Source: a virus (lineage: Duplodnaviria; Caudoviricetes). Taken from it: a stretch of DNA of 38,004 bases. Position numbers and translations under genes: made by a program. Below, piece after piece: positions 16,604 to 24,876 of the stretch. The notes beneath the pieces were generated by a model that was given only the letters and a program-made list of their open reading frames with translations, was not told the DNA's origin and did no database searches. The stretch lies in the IMG/VR virus record IMGVR_UViG_3300031451_000007, positions 1-38,004 of that record; one strand, 5' to 3'. Numbering within the stretch: position 1 is the stretch's first letter; each line of letters opens with the position of its first letter.

Positions 16604-17212
16604 ATGTCGGCGGTAATCGAGCAGCAGGACGGCAACAACAACGGCGATGGCAACACCCCGAAGGTCACGCCAGCCGGGGGCGGTAACCCCGGTGGGGAGC
16701 CAGCCAAGACGTTCACCCAGGCCGAACTCGACGGGATCGTCAACGATCGGCTGACGCGCGAGCGCAAGAAGTACGACGGCTTCGACGACCTGAAGCGCAA
16801 GGCGGGCGAATTCGACAAGCTCGCCGACGCGCAGAAGTCCGAGACCGAGCGCCTGACCGGACAGATCACCGACCTCACCGGCAAGTTGACAGTGGCGCAG
16901 CAGCGGGAACGCTCCTATGCCCTGCGCGACGCGATCGAGGAGACGATCAACGCCGCCGACTTCGCCCATGCGCCGCGCGTCTCGACCGGGCGGTTGATCC
17001 GCCTGCTGGACCTCGGCGATGACGACTGGGATGGTGAGCAGCCCCGCAACGTCAAGGCGCTGCTCGTCAAGCTCCAGAAGGCCGAGCCCGATCTGTTCGT
17101 CGCCAAGGGCCGCCGCACCGGGAGCGCCGATGCGGGCGAGGGCGGGCGAGAGACAATCGCGGCGTCCATGAACGACCGCATCCGGGCGCTGGCCGGGCGC
17201 GGGCATAGCTGA
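16604..17212 (+). CDS. Capsid scaffolding protein
   Basis: KTFTQAELDGIV-x2-RL-x-RE-x2-K, coiled coil, C-terminal SMNDRIR; directly before the major capsid gene. Confidence 0.88.
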   Translation: MSAVIEQQDGNNNGDGNTPKVTPAGGGNPGGEPAKTFTQAELDGIVNDRLTRERKKYDGFDDLKRKAGEFDKLADAQKSETERLTGQITDLTGKLTVAQQRERSYALRDAIEETINAADFAHAPRVSTGRLIRLLDLGDDDWDGEQPRNVKALLVKLQKAEPDLFVAKGRRTGSADAGEGGRETIAASMNDRIRALAGRGHS

Positions 17213-17268
17213 CCCGGCGCGCGATCCCTCGCGGTTCGTCGCGCCCCACCGAAAGAGGAGAATCCGCG

Positions 17269-18219
17269 ATGGCATTCAATAACATCATCTCCCGTGCCGA
17301 CGAGCAGGCACTGATCCCCGAGGAGGTGGCGGCGGGGGTGATCAGTCGCGTCGCGCAGCAATCCGCCGCGCTGACCATGTTTCGCCGCATCCCCGTCTCG
17401 CGCGCACAGGTTCGCATCCCGATCGTGTCCGCCCTCCCGACCGCCTACTTCGTCACGGGCGACACGGGACTCAAGCAGACCACGGAAGTGAACTGGACCA
17501 ATCGCTACCTCACCATCGAGGAGATCGCGGCGATCGTCCCGATCCCGGAGGCCGTGATCAACGACGCCGCGTTCGACGTGTGGGGCGAGATCCAGCCGCT
17601 CCTCGCCGAGGCGATCGGGCGCACGTTCGACGCGGCGGTCTTCTTCGGCACCAACGCCCCGGCATCCTACCCGGTCGGCATCAACGCGGCGGCGGCGGCG
17701 GCGGGCAACAGCCTCACCGAGGCCAGCCTCGCCGCAGCGGGCGCGTTCTTCGGCGACCTGGACGCCGCGATCGCGCTCTTGGAGGCCGATGGCTACGAGC
17801 CGACCGGCTACGTGGCCGCGATGAGCGCCAAGGGTCGCTTCCGCGCCGCGCGGAGCACGCAGGGCGAGCGTCTGGACGAGAACCGGCTCACCCCCGATCT
17901 GAACATGGTGGACGGTGCCCCGATCGCCTACCCGATGCGCGGACTCTTCCCGACCGGCGGCGTGGCGGGCACCAATGTCCGGCTGCTGGCGATGGAGCGC
18001 GAGCAGTTCATCGTCGGCGTGCGCCAGGACATCACCTACAAGCTGCTCGATCAGGCGGTCATCCAGGATAACACCGGGGCGATCGTCTACAACCTGGCGC
18101 AGCAAGATATGGTCGCCATGCGGATCGTCTTCCGCGCCGGTTGGCAAGTCTCGAATGTGATCAATTTCGACCAGCAGCTCGAAGCAAGCCGATATCCGGC
18201 TGCGGTGCTTAGGTATTGA
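17269..18219 (+). CDS. Major capsid protein (HK97 fold)
   Basis: LIPEEV, EIAAIVPIPE-x3-ND, FDAAVFFGT and NLAQQDMVAMR motifs. Confidence 0.95.
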   Translation: MAFNNIISRADEQALIPEEVAAGVISRVAQQSAALTMFRRIPVSRAQVRIPIVSALPTAYFVTGDTGLKQTTEVNWTNRYLTIEEIAAIVPIPEAVINDAAFDVWGEIQPLLAEAIGRTFDAAVFFGTNAPASYPVGINAAAAAAGNSLTEASLAAAGAFFGDLDAAIALLEADGYEPTGYVAAMSAKGRFRAARSTQGERLDENRLTPDLNMVDGAPIAYPMRGLFPTGGVAGTNVRLLAMEREQFIVGVRQDITYKLLDQAVIQDNTGAIVYNLAQQDMVAMRIVFRAGWQVSNVINFDQQLEASRYPAAVLRY

Positions 18220-18303
18220 GTAGCCCGCCTACGGTGGGGTATTCGCCGTGCGCGGCACCCGCCGAATATCCGGCGCGAACATCAAGAATCGGGAGGTTCA
18301 GGC

Positions 18304-18567
18304 ATGGCCGACACGACGAAGGACGAACAGCCCAAGGTCGAGTCCGTGGCGAAGCAGGCCAAGCAGGCCGAGGCGGCGGACGCTGCCGTGCAGGAGCAGG
18401 TCGATCACGAGCAAGACCAGGGTTTCCGGGGTGACAAGACCGACCCGACCGACAACTCCGCGTATACGGTCCAGGGGGTGACTTCGGGGGCACCAACCCC
18501 CGAAACCGACCCGGACGCAGCAGCCGCAGCCGGGAGCACCCGTTTCAACGGCACCAAGTCGGCCTGA
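18304..18567 (+). CDS. Hypothetical head-associated protein
   Basis: GGGAGG RBS; directly after the major capsid gene. Confidence 0.7.
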   Translation: MADTTKDEQPKVESVAKQAKQAEAADAAVQEQVDHEQDQGFRGDKTDPTDNSAYTVQGVTSGAPTPETDPDAAAAAGSTRFNGTKSA

Positions 18568-18585
18568 CGACACGGGGGACGGGCG

Positions 18586-19173
18586 ATGGACATCGCGGTC
18601 GCACGGGCCAGACTCGAACGCATGGTGCGCTGGGACTCCGCGCCGACGCTCACGAGCGCCGAGGTGGACGACCTGCTGCTGCTGGCCCGCACGACCGACC
18701 CGAACGGCTACGAGCCGTACGATGTGTGGGCACCGCTGACCGTTTACCCGGCGGCGGCGGTGTACACGCGCCACCTCGATGACCTGATCTATCCGGCCCC
18801 GATGGCGCGCGTCCCGACCAGCTCCAACGGGCATCTCTACATCGTGCGCGTGGCGGGGACGAGCGGCACGACCGAGCCGACATGGCCGCTCGCCGTGGGC
18901 GGCGAGGTGACGGACGGCACCGTGACCTGGCGCGAGAGCGGGCGCTACCTGTGGACGCCGACGTTCAACCTGGGTCGCGCTGCGGCGGAGGGCTGGCGCT
19001 GGAAGGCGGGCAAGGTGGTCGACCAGTACGCGGTCGGGCTCGGCACGGGCAAGACGTTCGCGCGCGACCAGCAGTACAAGATGTGCATGGAGCAGGCGGC
19101 GGCGTTCGGCGGCGCGGGAGGCGGGATCGGTTCGGTCCGCCTCGTCGGGCGTAGCACGGGGAGGTTGCGCTGA
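18586..19173 (+). CDS. Head-tail adaptor with an inserted beta-rich domain
   Basis: Adaptor-like ends (PTLT-x2-EVDDLL; AAAEGWRWKAG) flank W-x-P-x-T-x-Y...GTSGTTEPTWP...VTDGTVTW. Confidence 0.65.
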   Translation: MDIAVARARLERMVRWDSAPTLTSAEVDDLLLLARTTDPNGYEPYDVWAPLTVYPAAAVYTRHLDDLIYPAPMARVPTSSNGHLYIVRVAGTSGTTEPTWPLAVGGEVTDGTVTWRESGRYLWTPTFNLGRAAAEGWRWKAGKVVDQYAVGLGTGKTFARDQQYKMCMEQAAAFGGAGGGIGSVRLVGRSTGRLR

Positions 19174-19544
19174 TGGGCATCCTGTCGAGCGCCGAGATCG
19201 CGGGCTTCCGCGCGCTGGAAGCCAGCCTGCTCTATCACGACACCTACGCGGTGGTCCGGGCGACCAGCACCGACGATGGCGCGGGCGGCGCGACCACGAC
19301 CGAGGCGACGGTGGAATCCGGCGCGTGCGACCTGACGGCGATCCCGCGCCTGCCGCGCGAGGCGCCCGAGGGTGGCCGCCTGGTGTCGGACACCAACTAT
19401 TACGTCACGCTGCCCGTCGCGAGCGTCGTGACGCCCAGCGACCGTCTCGTGATCAACGGGACGCGCCGGTTCGAGGTGGTGGGCATCGATCGCGACGGCT
19501 TCCTCGCGATCGACACGCGCGCCGTGTGCCGCGAGATATTCTAG
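19173..19544 (+). CDS. Head closure / head-tail joining protein
   Basis: DDGAGG-x-T...LP...DRLVING-x2-FEV; position in the neck cluster. Confidence 0.75.
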   Translation: MGILSSAEIAGFRALEASLLYHDTYAVVRATSTDDGAGGATTTEATVESGACDLTAIPRLPREAPEGGRLVSDTNYYVTLPVASVVTPSDRLVINGTRRFEVVGIDRDGFLAIDTRAVCREIF

Positions 19545-19556
19545 GAGGGCAAGCAG

Positions 19557-19751
19557 ATGGCGTCATTGCTAGTGATTGAGCATAAGGACGGACGCACCTA
19601 TGCGGTGAGCGCCGCCGACTTCCGCAAGACCTACGAAGAGCAGGGCTTCAAGGCACTCCGTCACGAGGATGGTAGCCCCTACGAGCCGCCCGCGAAGCCC
19701 GCCGAGAAGGCCGCAGACAAACCGAAAGATGCCGCGATGGACAAGGCGTAG
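19557..19751 (+). CDS. Small hypothetical virion-region protein
   Basis: AGGAGG RBS; 64 aa. Confidence 0.6.
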   Translation: MASLLVIEHKDGRTYAVSAADFRKTYEEQGFKALRHEDGSPYEPPAKPAEKAADKPKDAAMDKA

Positions 19752-19757
19752 GCGGCG

Positions 19758-20096
19758 ATGGCAGGCATGATCAGCGTCTCCATTCTCAGCAATTCCCTCC
19801 CGTCCATCGCGGCACGGTTGCCCGGCGAGGCGCGCGCGATCGTGCAAAAGACTCTCGAGGATGTCGAGGGCGGGTGTAAGGCGCGCAGCCGGGTCGATAC
19901 CGGGGACATGCGGAATGAATGGGGTTCGCGTATGACCGGGTCGACCTCGGGCGAGGTCTACAACAACTCCGATCACGTCCTGCCGAATGAGTACGGCACC
20001 GTGCATATGTCTGCTCAACCGATGGCGCATCCGTCTGCTGATGCGGCCCGTCCTGGCTTCGAGGCGGCGATCAAGCAACTTGCGGCGGGGCTGTAG
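19758..20096 (+). CDS. HK97 gp10-like tail completion protein
   Basis: RVDTG-x-MR...EYGT-x-HM-x-AQP. Confidence 0.85.
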   Translation: MAGMISVSILSNSLPSIAARLPGEARAIVQKTLEDVEGGCKARSRVDTGDMRNEWGSRMTGSTSGEVYNNSDHVLPNEYGTVHMSAQPMAHPSADAARPGFEAAIKQLAAGL

Positions 20097-20098
20097 CC

Positions 20099-20518
20099 GT
20101 GGCGGAAACGGCGCGGGCGCGGGCCTGGATTTTCACCACGCTCACGGGCGACGTGACGATGCAAGGGCTGATCGGCGCACGTTGCTATCACGGTGTCGCC
20201 CCGGCGGCGGCGCAGTACCCGTTCGTCGTCTTCCAAATGCTCAGCGGCGGGAACGACCTGATGACGGTCGGGACGGCGCGCATCTGGTCCGCGCCGCTCT
20301 TCATTGTCAAGGCGGTCTGTAAGGGCAGCAGCACCGGCCCGATCGAGCCGGTCGCCAATCGTATCGATCAGTTGCTTCACGCGGGTTCTGGCGCGGTCAC
20401 CAATGGCGTGATCGTGGAATGTGTCCGGGAACGGCCATTCGACCTCCCGACGAATGAGAACGGGGTGGCCTACCAACAACTCGGTGGCGAATACAGAGTG
20501 CGGGTCCAGCAGGTATAG
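20099..20518 (+). CDS. Tail terminator (DUF3168-like)
   Basis: L-x2-D...R-x-Y-x3-AP-x4-YPFVVF; precedes the tail tube gene. Confidence 0.75.
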   Translation: MAETARARAWIFTTLTGDVTMQGLIGARCYHGVAPAAAQYPFVVFQMLSGGNDLMTVGTARIWSAPLFIVKAVCKGSSTGPIEPVANRIDQLLHAGSGAVTNGVIVECVRERPFDLPTNENGVAYQQLGGEYRVRVQQV

Positions 20519-20609
20519 GAACGGATGAGGGGCAACCCGCCCAGTGGTGTCAGTGCGACACGAAGGGGCTGACGGGGGCCGGTGGTCTACAAGCGAAGGA
20601 GCCTGCGCC

Positions 20610-20858
20610 ATGCTGCGCGATCAGTCCGCCAAACCTGCCCTGCCGCGTGCCCCGGATACCGGGGAGCGGGCGGGGCTTCGCGTTGTCATCGATCCCGACT
20701 GGCAGTTCGACACGATCCTCGCGCCCACCGAACCGAAACGCATCGATGGGGTGCGTTGCCCGAACCCGAAGTGCCGCAAGAAGCTCGCGGAAGACCTGAC
20801 GGGCACGCTCGTGATGACGTGCCGCCACTGCAATCAGCGGGTCACGATCACCCGCTGA
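20610..20858 (+). CDS. Com-like zinc-ribbon regulator
   Basis: VRCPNPKCRKKLAE...LVMTCRHCNQRVTI matches the Mu Com layout; AAGGAG RBS. Confidence 0.65.
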   Translation: MLRDQSAKPALPRAPDTGERAGLRVVIDPDWQFDTILAPTEPKRIDGVRCPNPKCRKKLAEDLTGTLVMTCRHCNQRVTITR

Positions 20859-20873
20859 TCGACCTACAACCCA

Positions 20874-20918
20874 GTGTGGCCGGTGCCCGGAGTTCGCTCC
20901 CTCGTGTGGCCGGTGCCC
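20874..20918 (+). repeat. 15-bp direct repeat pair upstream of the tail tube RBS
   Basis: GTGTGGCCGGTGCCC at 20874-20888 and 20904-20918. Confidence 0.9.
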
Positions 20919-20943
20919 TTTGTAAGCAAAGGAGCATCGAGTC

Positions 20944-21927
20944 ATGCCAGAGCGATCCTCGGCCCTCCAGCACGTCCAGATCGGGATCGAGACCAACGAA
21001 GGTGTCTCGACGGCGGCGAACAAGCAGCTGCAAGCCCTCTCGCTGACCCTGAAGCCCGAGATCGAGACCAATCGGTTCATGCCGGTCGGTACGCTGCTCG
21101 ACACCCTGGTGACACCGGGCAAGGAGTGGACCAGCGGCGGCGTGTCCGGCATCGCCACCTACGACGAGATCCTCTACGCCCTCGCCAGCGTGCTCGTGAC
21201 CCCCGCCGCGCCGGTCACGAGCGGCACCACCGGCAAACTCTGGACCTTCGAGCCGAGCGCGGTGTCCGAGGATACCGTCACCACGTACACGGTCGAGCAG
21301 GGCTCGGCGATCCGCGCGCAGAAGGCGACCGGCTGCGTGCTGACCGACTTCTCGATCAAGTGGGACCGCAGCGTGATCGAGATCGGCGGCGCGTTGCTGG
21401 GACAGCTCTTCAGCGACGGGATCACCATGACGGCGACCCCGACCAGCGTGCCGCTCGTGCCGATCCTCCCGAAGGACATCTCGGTCTACGACGACGCCAC
21501 GGCAGCGGCGCTGGGCACCACCAAGCCGCTCCGGGTGCTCTCCGGGGAGTTCGGCATCGGGGGACGCTTCAATCCGCTCTGGGTGCTCAACCAGGCCAAC
21601 CCCTCCTATGCCGGGCGCACCCTGGCGGCCCCGGACGTGACGCTGAAACTGCTGGTCGAGGCGGACGCAAGTGGCATGGCCTACCTGGCGGCGGTACGCG
21701 CGGGCACGACCCGCTTCCTCCGCTTCGAGGCGCTCGGCGGTGTCATCGGCGCGGGACCGGCCACGTACAAGTACACGCACGACATGGCGATGAAGGTCGA
21801 GAGCATCGACTCGCTGGACGACAGCGACGGGGTGTACGCCCTGTCCGTCAGCCTGCGCGGTGTCTATGACGCGACCTGGGCCAAGTGGTTATCCATAAAA
21901 ATTGTGAACTCGACCACGGCGCTCTGA
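20944..21927 (+). CDS. Major tail (tube) protein
   Basis: 327 aa, beta-rich; QIGIET-x2-G and TYTVEQG; lies between the terminator and chaperone genes. Confidence 0.85.
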   Translation: MPERSSALQHVQIGIETNEGVSTAANKQLQALSLTLKPEIETNRFMPVGTLLDTLVTPGKEWTSGGVSGIATYDEILYALASVLVTPAAPVTSGTTGKLWTFEPSAVSEDTVTTYTVEQGSAIRAQKATGCVLTDFSIKWDRSVIEIGGALLGQLFSDGITMTATPTSVPLVPILPKDISVYDDATAAALGTTKPLRVLSGEFGIGGRFNPLWVLNQANPSYAGRTLAAPDVTLKLLVEADASGMAYLAAVRAGTTRFLRFEALGGVIGAGPATYKYTHDMAMKVESIDSLDDSDGVYALSVSLRGVYDATWAKWLSIKIVNSTTAL

Positions 21928-22110
21928 TAGCGACGCACACGGGCGGGCGGCACGGCGCTGCCCGCCGCACATCTCTGGCGGAGCACAACGATGGTCACGA
22001 GCGGGTTTGATGACAAGGCGGCAGCGGCGGTCTTGTCGCTCTTCCGCACGTCGGGGCCAGCGTTCGACGAACGACGAGCGGCATTGGTAGCGCGAGGGAG
22101 AGGGACGGAC

Positions 22111-22446
22111 ATGGCGGAACTGAACGACATCATTGGCATGCGCGTGCCGGTCACATTCGACTGGAACGGCACCGAGATCGCGATCGCCTATCGCCCGTAC
22201 TCGGAGCGGATCGAGCGTGAGATCAAGGGCGACGCCGACTGGGCACAAGACAGCATGAAGGCGCTCGTCGTTCGCGTGGCGCTCGACTGGAACATCACTT
22301 CCAACAAAAAGCCGGTGCCGATCGATCTCGACACGCTGGAACAACTACCGATCGAGTTGCAGATGAGCCTCTTCTACGCGGTTTTGAACGATGTCCGAAA
22401 CCCTTCGCTGCCCATCGTGACCAAAAGCAACTCCGCCGCTATCTAG
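22111..22446 (+). CDS. Tail assembly chaperone (gpG-like)
   Basis: Follows the tube gene; W-x-I...PVPI-x3-L-x2-LP...D-x2-NP; contains the slippery site. Confidence 0.8.
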   Translation: MAELNDIIGMRVPVTFDWNGTEIAIAYRPYSERIEREIKGDADWAQDSMKALVVRVALDWNITSNKKPVPIDLDTLEQLPIELQMSLFYAVLNDVRNPSLPIVTKSNSAAI

Positions 22447-22634
22447 CGACGGACGGCCAGATGGGCGCGGAGCCAGAGTCATACGGCTATATCAGAGCCG
22501 CGAAATACATGGGCGTCGCGCCGTGGGAATTGCTGGATCGCGATGACGGGCGGTACTGGTCCTCGCAGGCGATCGCCATCCAGAACGCGGAGAATCTGGC
22601 GCAGCAAGACCTGAACAAGCATCACGGGCGGTAG
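22398..22634 (+). CDS. -1 frameshift extension of the chaperone (gpGT-like, 22111-22634)
   Basis: Heptamer A-AAC-CCT (22398-22404, X XXY YYZ in frame); the -1 frame is open to TAG at 22632-22634 (PFAAHRDQKQLRRYLATDG...AAKYMGVAPWELL...). Confidence 0.8.
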   Translation, partial: KPFAAHRDQKQLRRYLATDGQMGAEPESYGYIRAAKYMGVAPWELLDRDDGRYWSSQAIAIQNAENLAQQDLNKHHGR

Positions 22635-22645
22635 GAGGTGCCACA

Positions 22646-22825
22646 ATGCGGACCATGATCTGCCCGCGCTGTGGGCAGCCGATACCGCCCGAGGCGGAGC
22701 GCAAGCCGTTGGCCCATCCGGAGGGCTGCCATCCGGTCGTCAAGGTGGCGCACCGCAAGGCCGATGGGAAGTGGTGCGCGGTGGTCATCGCGCCGGTCGA
22801 GGACGAAGGGGGGCGGGCTAACTAG
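22646..22825 (+). CDS. Small zinc-binding hypothetical protein (59 aa, not in the ORF track)
   Basis: AGGAGG RBS; MRTMICPRCGQP...H...C. Confidence 0.55.
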   Translation: MRTMICPRCGQPIPPEAERKPLAHPEGCHPVVKVAHRKADGKWCAVVIAPVEDEGGRAN

Positions 22826-22834
22826 CTCGTCCCT

Positions 22835-23254
22835 CTACTTCTTCTTTTGCGACGGTTTCCTGTTTGCCAATCGAAGCCGCTGTTGCTCCAAGACACGCGC
22901 TAAAGTCGGGCTATTCTTCGATTCAATCGCTTTTTGAAATGCGGACGCGCGCTTGCACATGTCTTCGTCAACACCTCTGTAGACAGCGTAGAGTATGTCG
23001 AGTGATTTTGTGGCTAATGCTTCCGTCGTGATAAGGATTGGCTCACCATCGTCGTCAAGTAGATCCCATGAATCGACGTATTCCACCACCCAATCGATTA
23101 CTCGTTTCGGTTCTTCTAGTTCATTTTGCCTTTCAGGCAAGCGTATATAATAGGTAACATTTGTTATGCCACCGGGGTAGGCAATCGGTATGGTGATTGC
23201 CTCCCCTTGCAAGCGCTCTCGTAAGATGTGGTAGGCAGCATCTTCAATGCTCAT
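22835..23254 (-). CDS. Low-GC moron resembling a tail assembly chaperone
   Basis: VVEYVDSWDLLDDDGEPILITTEALATKSLDILYAVYRGVDEDM aligns by eye with the chaperone core at 22111-22446; AAGAGG RBS; TG-T-TAGTAT extended -10 at 23322-23314. Confidence 0.65.
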   Translation of the reverse strand: MSIEDAAYHILRERLQGEAITIPIAYPGGITNVTYYIRLPERQNELEEPKRVIDWVVEYVDSWDLLDDDGEPILITTEALATKSLDILYAVYRGVDEDMCKRASAFQKAIESKNSPTLARVLEQQRLRLANRKPSQKKK

Positions 23255-23390
23255 CTTGACCTCTTAGCGTGCCACTCGCTGTATTTCCGCCGCTACCCGC
23301 TCGCTAAGACGCGATACTAACACAGGAATAGACGAGGAGCCGGGGCGGGCTAGGTAGCCCGCCCCCTCCCCTGTTTGCCTGGTGCCGCGC

Positions 23391-23651
23391 TCAGTGGACG
23401 TAGCGATCGTTCTGCGGTAGCCACACCTGCCTGACCTCGGCGAGCGGCTTGTCCTGCAAGCCGCTGATCGCGGCGTGCGTCGATGCGGCGGTGCCAGCGG
23501 CGGTCATCAACGCCTCCATCAGGTCCGTCTGCGCGAGGTTCGTGGCCGCGTCGAAATTGACGGCGGCGCGGCACGCCTCGGCGAGTAGGAAGCAATCGGC
23601 GGGGTCGAGGGTCAGTGTTACGGCATCGTGGTCGAACTTGACGATATTCAT
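23391..23651 (-). CDS. Hypothetical protein
   Basis: ATGA-coupled to 23648-24010. Confidence 0.65.
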   Translation of the reverse strand: MNIVKFDHDAVTLTLDPADCFLLAEACRAAVNFDAATNLAQTDLMEALMTAAGTAASTHAAISGLQDKPLAEVRQVWLPQNDRYVH

Positions 23652-24010
23652 GCTCGATCCCCTGGCAACGTATCGAGCAAGCCCAGGCGCACGATGTCTT
23701 TGCCCTCATCGATCCCGTTGTAATAGCCCAGATCGTAGCCTGCGAGCCAGGCATCCATGTAGGTGATCAGCAGCATATGGGCGATGCCCCGGTGCATGGG
23801 ATCGCGCTCGGGGAACCGCGCGGCGAGGGTGTCCGCGAACGCCTCGATCGCCGCGACGCTGAGGTTATACGGGTCATCCCTGATCAGTTCTTCCAGGTAG
23901 GTCCGGGTGTCCTGCGGGTGGGGGCCACGGGGATAGTCGCTGTCCATTGCACGTCTCCCGCCGTCGAGTAGCATCAATGCCGGGGCGGGGCGCTCCATCT
24001 GCAAGGCCAT
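23648..24010 (-). CDS. Hypothetical protein
   Basis: GAGGAAGG RBS; AW-x2-GYDLGYYNG-x2-EG. Confidence 0.65.
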   Translation of the reverse strand: MALQMERPAPALMLLDGGRRAMDSDYPRGPHPQDTRTYLEELIRDDPYNLSVAAIEAFADTLAARFPERDPMHRGIAHMLLITYMDAWLAGYDLGYYNGIDEGKDIVRLGLLDTLPGDRA

Positions 24011-24101
24011 GATTGGCGTTCCTTCCTCGTTGGTGTGGTGGGTAGAAAAAAGAGGGGGGTGCGCCGGGGGGACTTGGCGGTGCCCCCCGGCCCGTGCCGG
24101 T

Positions 24102-24413
24102 TCAGGCGACGAGCTTGGACAGGGGGGCGACCACGCCGAACGACCAGCTCTCGCGCTCGGAGCGGCGCTCCACGGCGGCGACGTGCTTGCACATGCCGGT
24201 GAAGCGGAAGCCGTCGCACTCGCAGCCCCAGCCGTGGCGGCTGCGCTCGATGCGATAGGTCAGGCCGGGGGTGGACTGGCTGATGCTGACGTAGGAACGG
24301 GCCACGGAGACGACCGCGACGCGCACCCCTCGGGACTTGGCGCGGGCGCGGGCCTCGATCTGGCGGGCGGGTTGCGGCTTGCTGAACTGACGGGGGGTGG
24401 CGTAGGCGCTCAT
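24102..24413 (-). CDS. SWIM zinc-finger protein
   Basis: Y-x3-SQS-x-PG-x2-Y-x-I...CECDGF-x-F-x-G-x-CKH; AAAGG RBS before ATG at 24413. Confidence 0.8.
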   Translation of the reverse strand: MSAYATPRQFSKPQPARQIEARARAKSRGVRVAVVSVARSYVSISQSTPGLTYRIERSRHGWGCECDGFRFTGMCKHVAAVERRSERESWSFGVVAPLSKLVA

Positions 24414-24517
24414 GGTACAATGCCTTTCGCGTGGGGGTGAGAAACCCCTTCGTAACAGGGCGGTTGTGAGTGAGGTTCCGGCAAGTTCACCACTCACAGC
24501 CGCTTTTCTCTGTCTTT

Positions 24518-24580
24518 AGTATAGTATCTCAATAGTATCATATCAAGGGGTTTACAGATACTTGTTTCATACTATATACT
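24518..24580. promoter_or_regulatory. Back-to-back divergent promoters with repeated GATACT/ATACTA boxes
   Basis: Minus strand: TTGATA (24546-24541)-17 nt-TATACT (24523-24518). Plus strand: TTTACA (24551-24556)-18 nt-TATACT (24575-24580). Confidence 0.7.
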
Positions 24581-24604
24581 GGTACGAAGAAAGGGGGTGA
24601 TCCT

Positions 24605-24781
24605 ATGGCAGACATAGTGCGGTTCTTATTGCGTTTACCTGCGGAACTGCACGCTGAAATGAAGGATATGGCCGATCAGGACCGGCGCTCCTTACATGCC
24701 GAGATTCTGGTGTTGCTTGAAGAGGCGGTGGCGGTGCGCCGCGATGCTGCGACAGACACAGGGTCAAAACTGGCGGCGTGA
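24605..24781 (+). CDS. Arc-family ribbon-helix-helix repressor (58 aa, not in the ORF track)
   Basis: MADIVRFLLRLPAELHAEMKDMADQDRRSLHAEILVLLEEAV...KLAA has the Arc signature. Confidence 0.88.
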   Translation: MADIVRFLLRLPAELHAEMKDMADQDRRSLHAEILVLLEEAVAVRRDAATDTGSKLAA

Positions 24782-24876
24782 AGAGTAAACCAGCACGCCG
24801 CCAGTCGCAGAAGTAGTCGCCACGCGGGAGGGCTCTAATCTACCCGTGTGACGGCGTGAGTGTAGCAGAGGTAGGC

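Noticed and set aside
10109-18147. Long antisense ORFs over terL, portal, scaffold and capsid genes
   Set aside because: Same GC-bias artefact; the + strand genes carry clear family motifs.
20519-20609. Possible riboswitch upstream of the Com-like gene
   Set aside because: Only short stems (GTCAG/CTGAC) and no consensus I can recognise; an Rfam search would be needed.
20874-20918. Mini CRISPR array
   Set aside because: Only two 15-bp copies with a 15-bp spacer, and no cas genes.
21991-22110. 40-aa N-terminal extension of the tail chaperone
   Set aside because: A stronger GAGGGAGAGGG RBS precedes ATG 22111 and the chaperone-like sequence starts there; the upstream start cannot be excluded.
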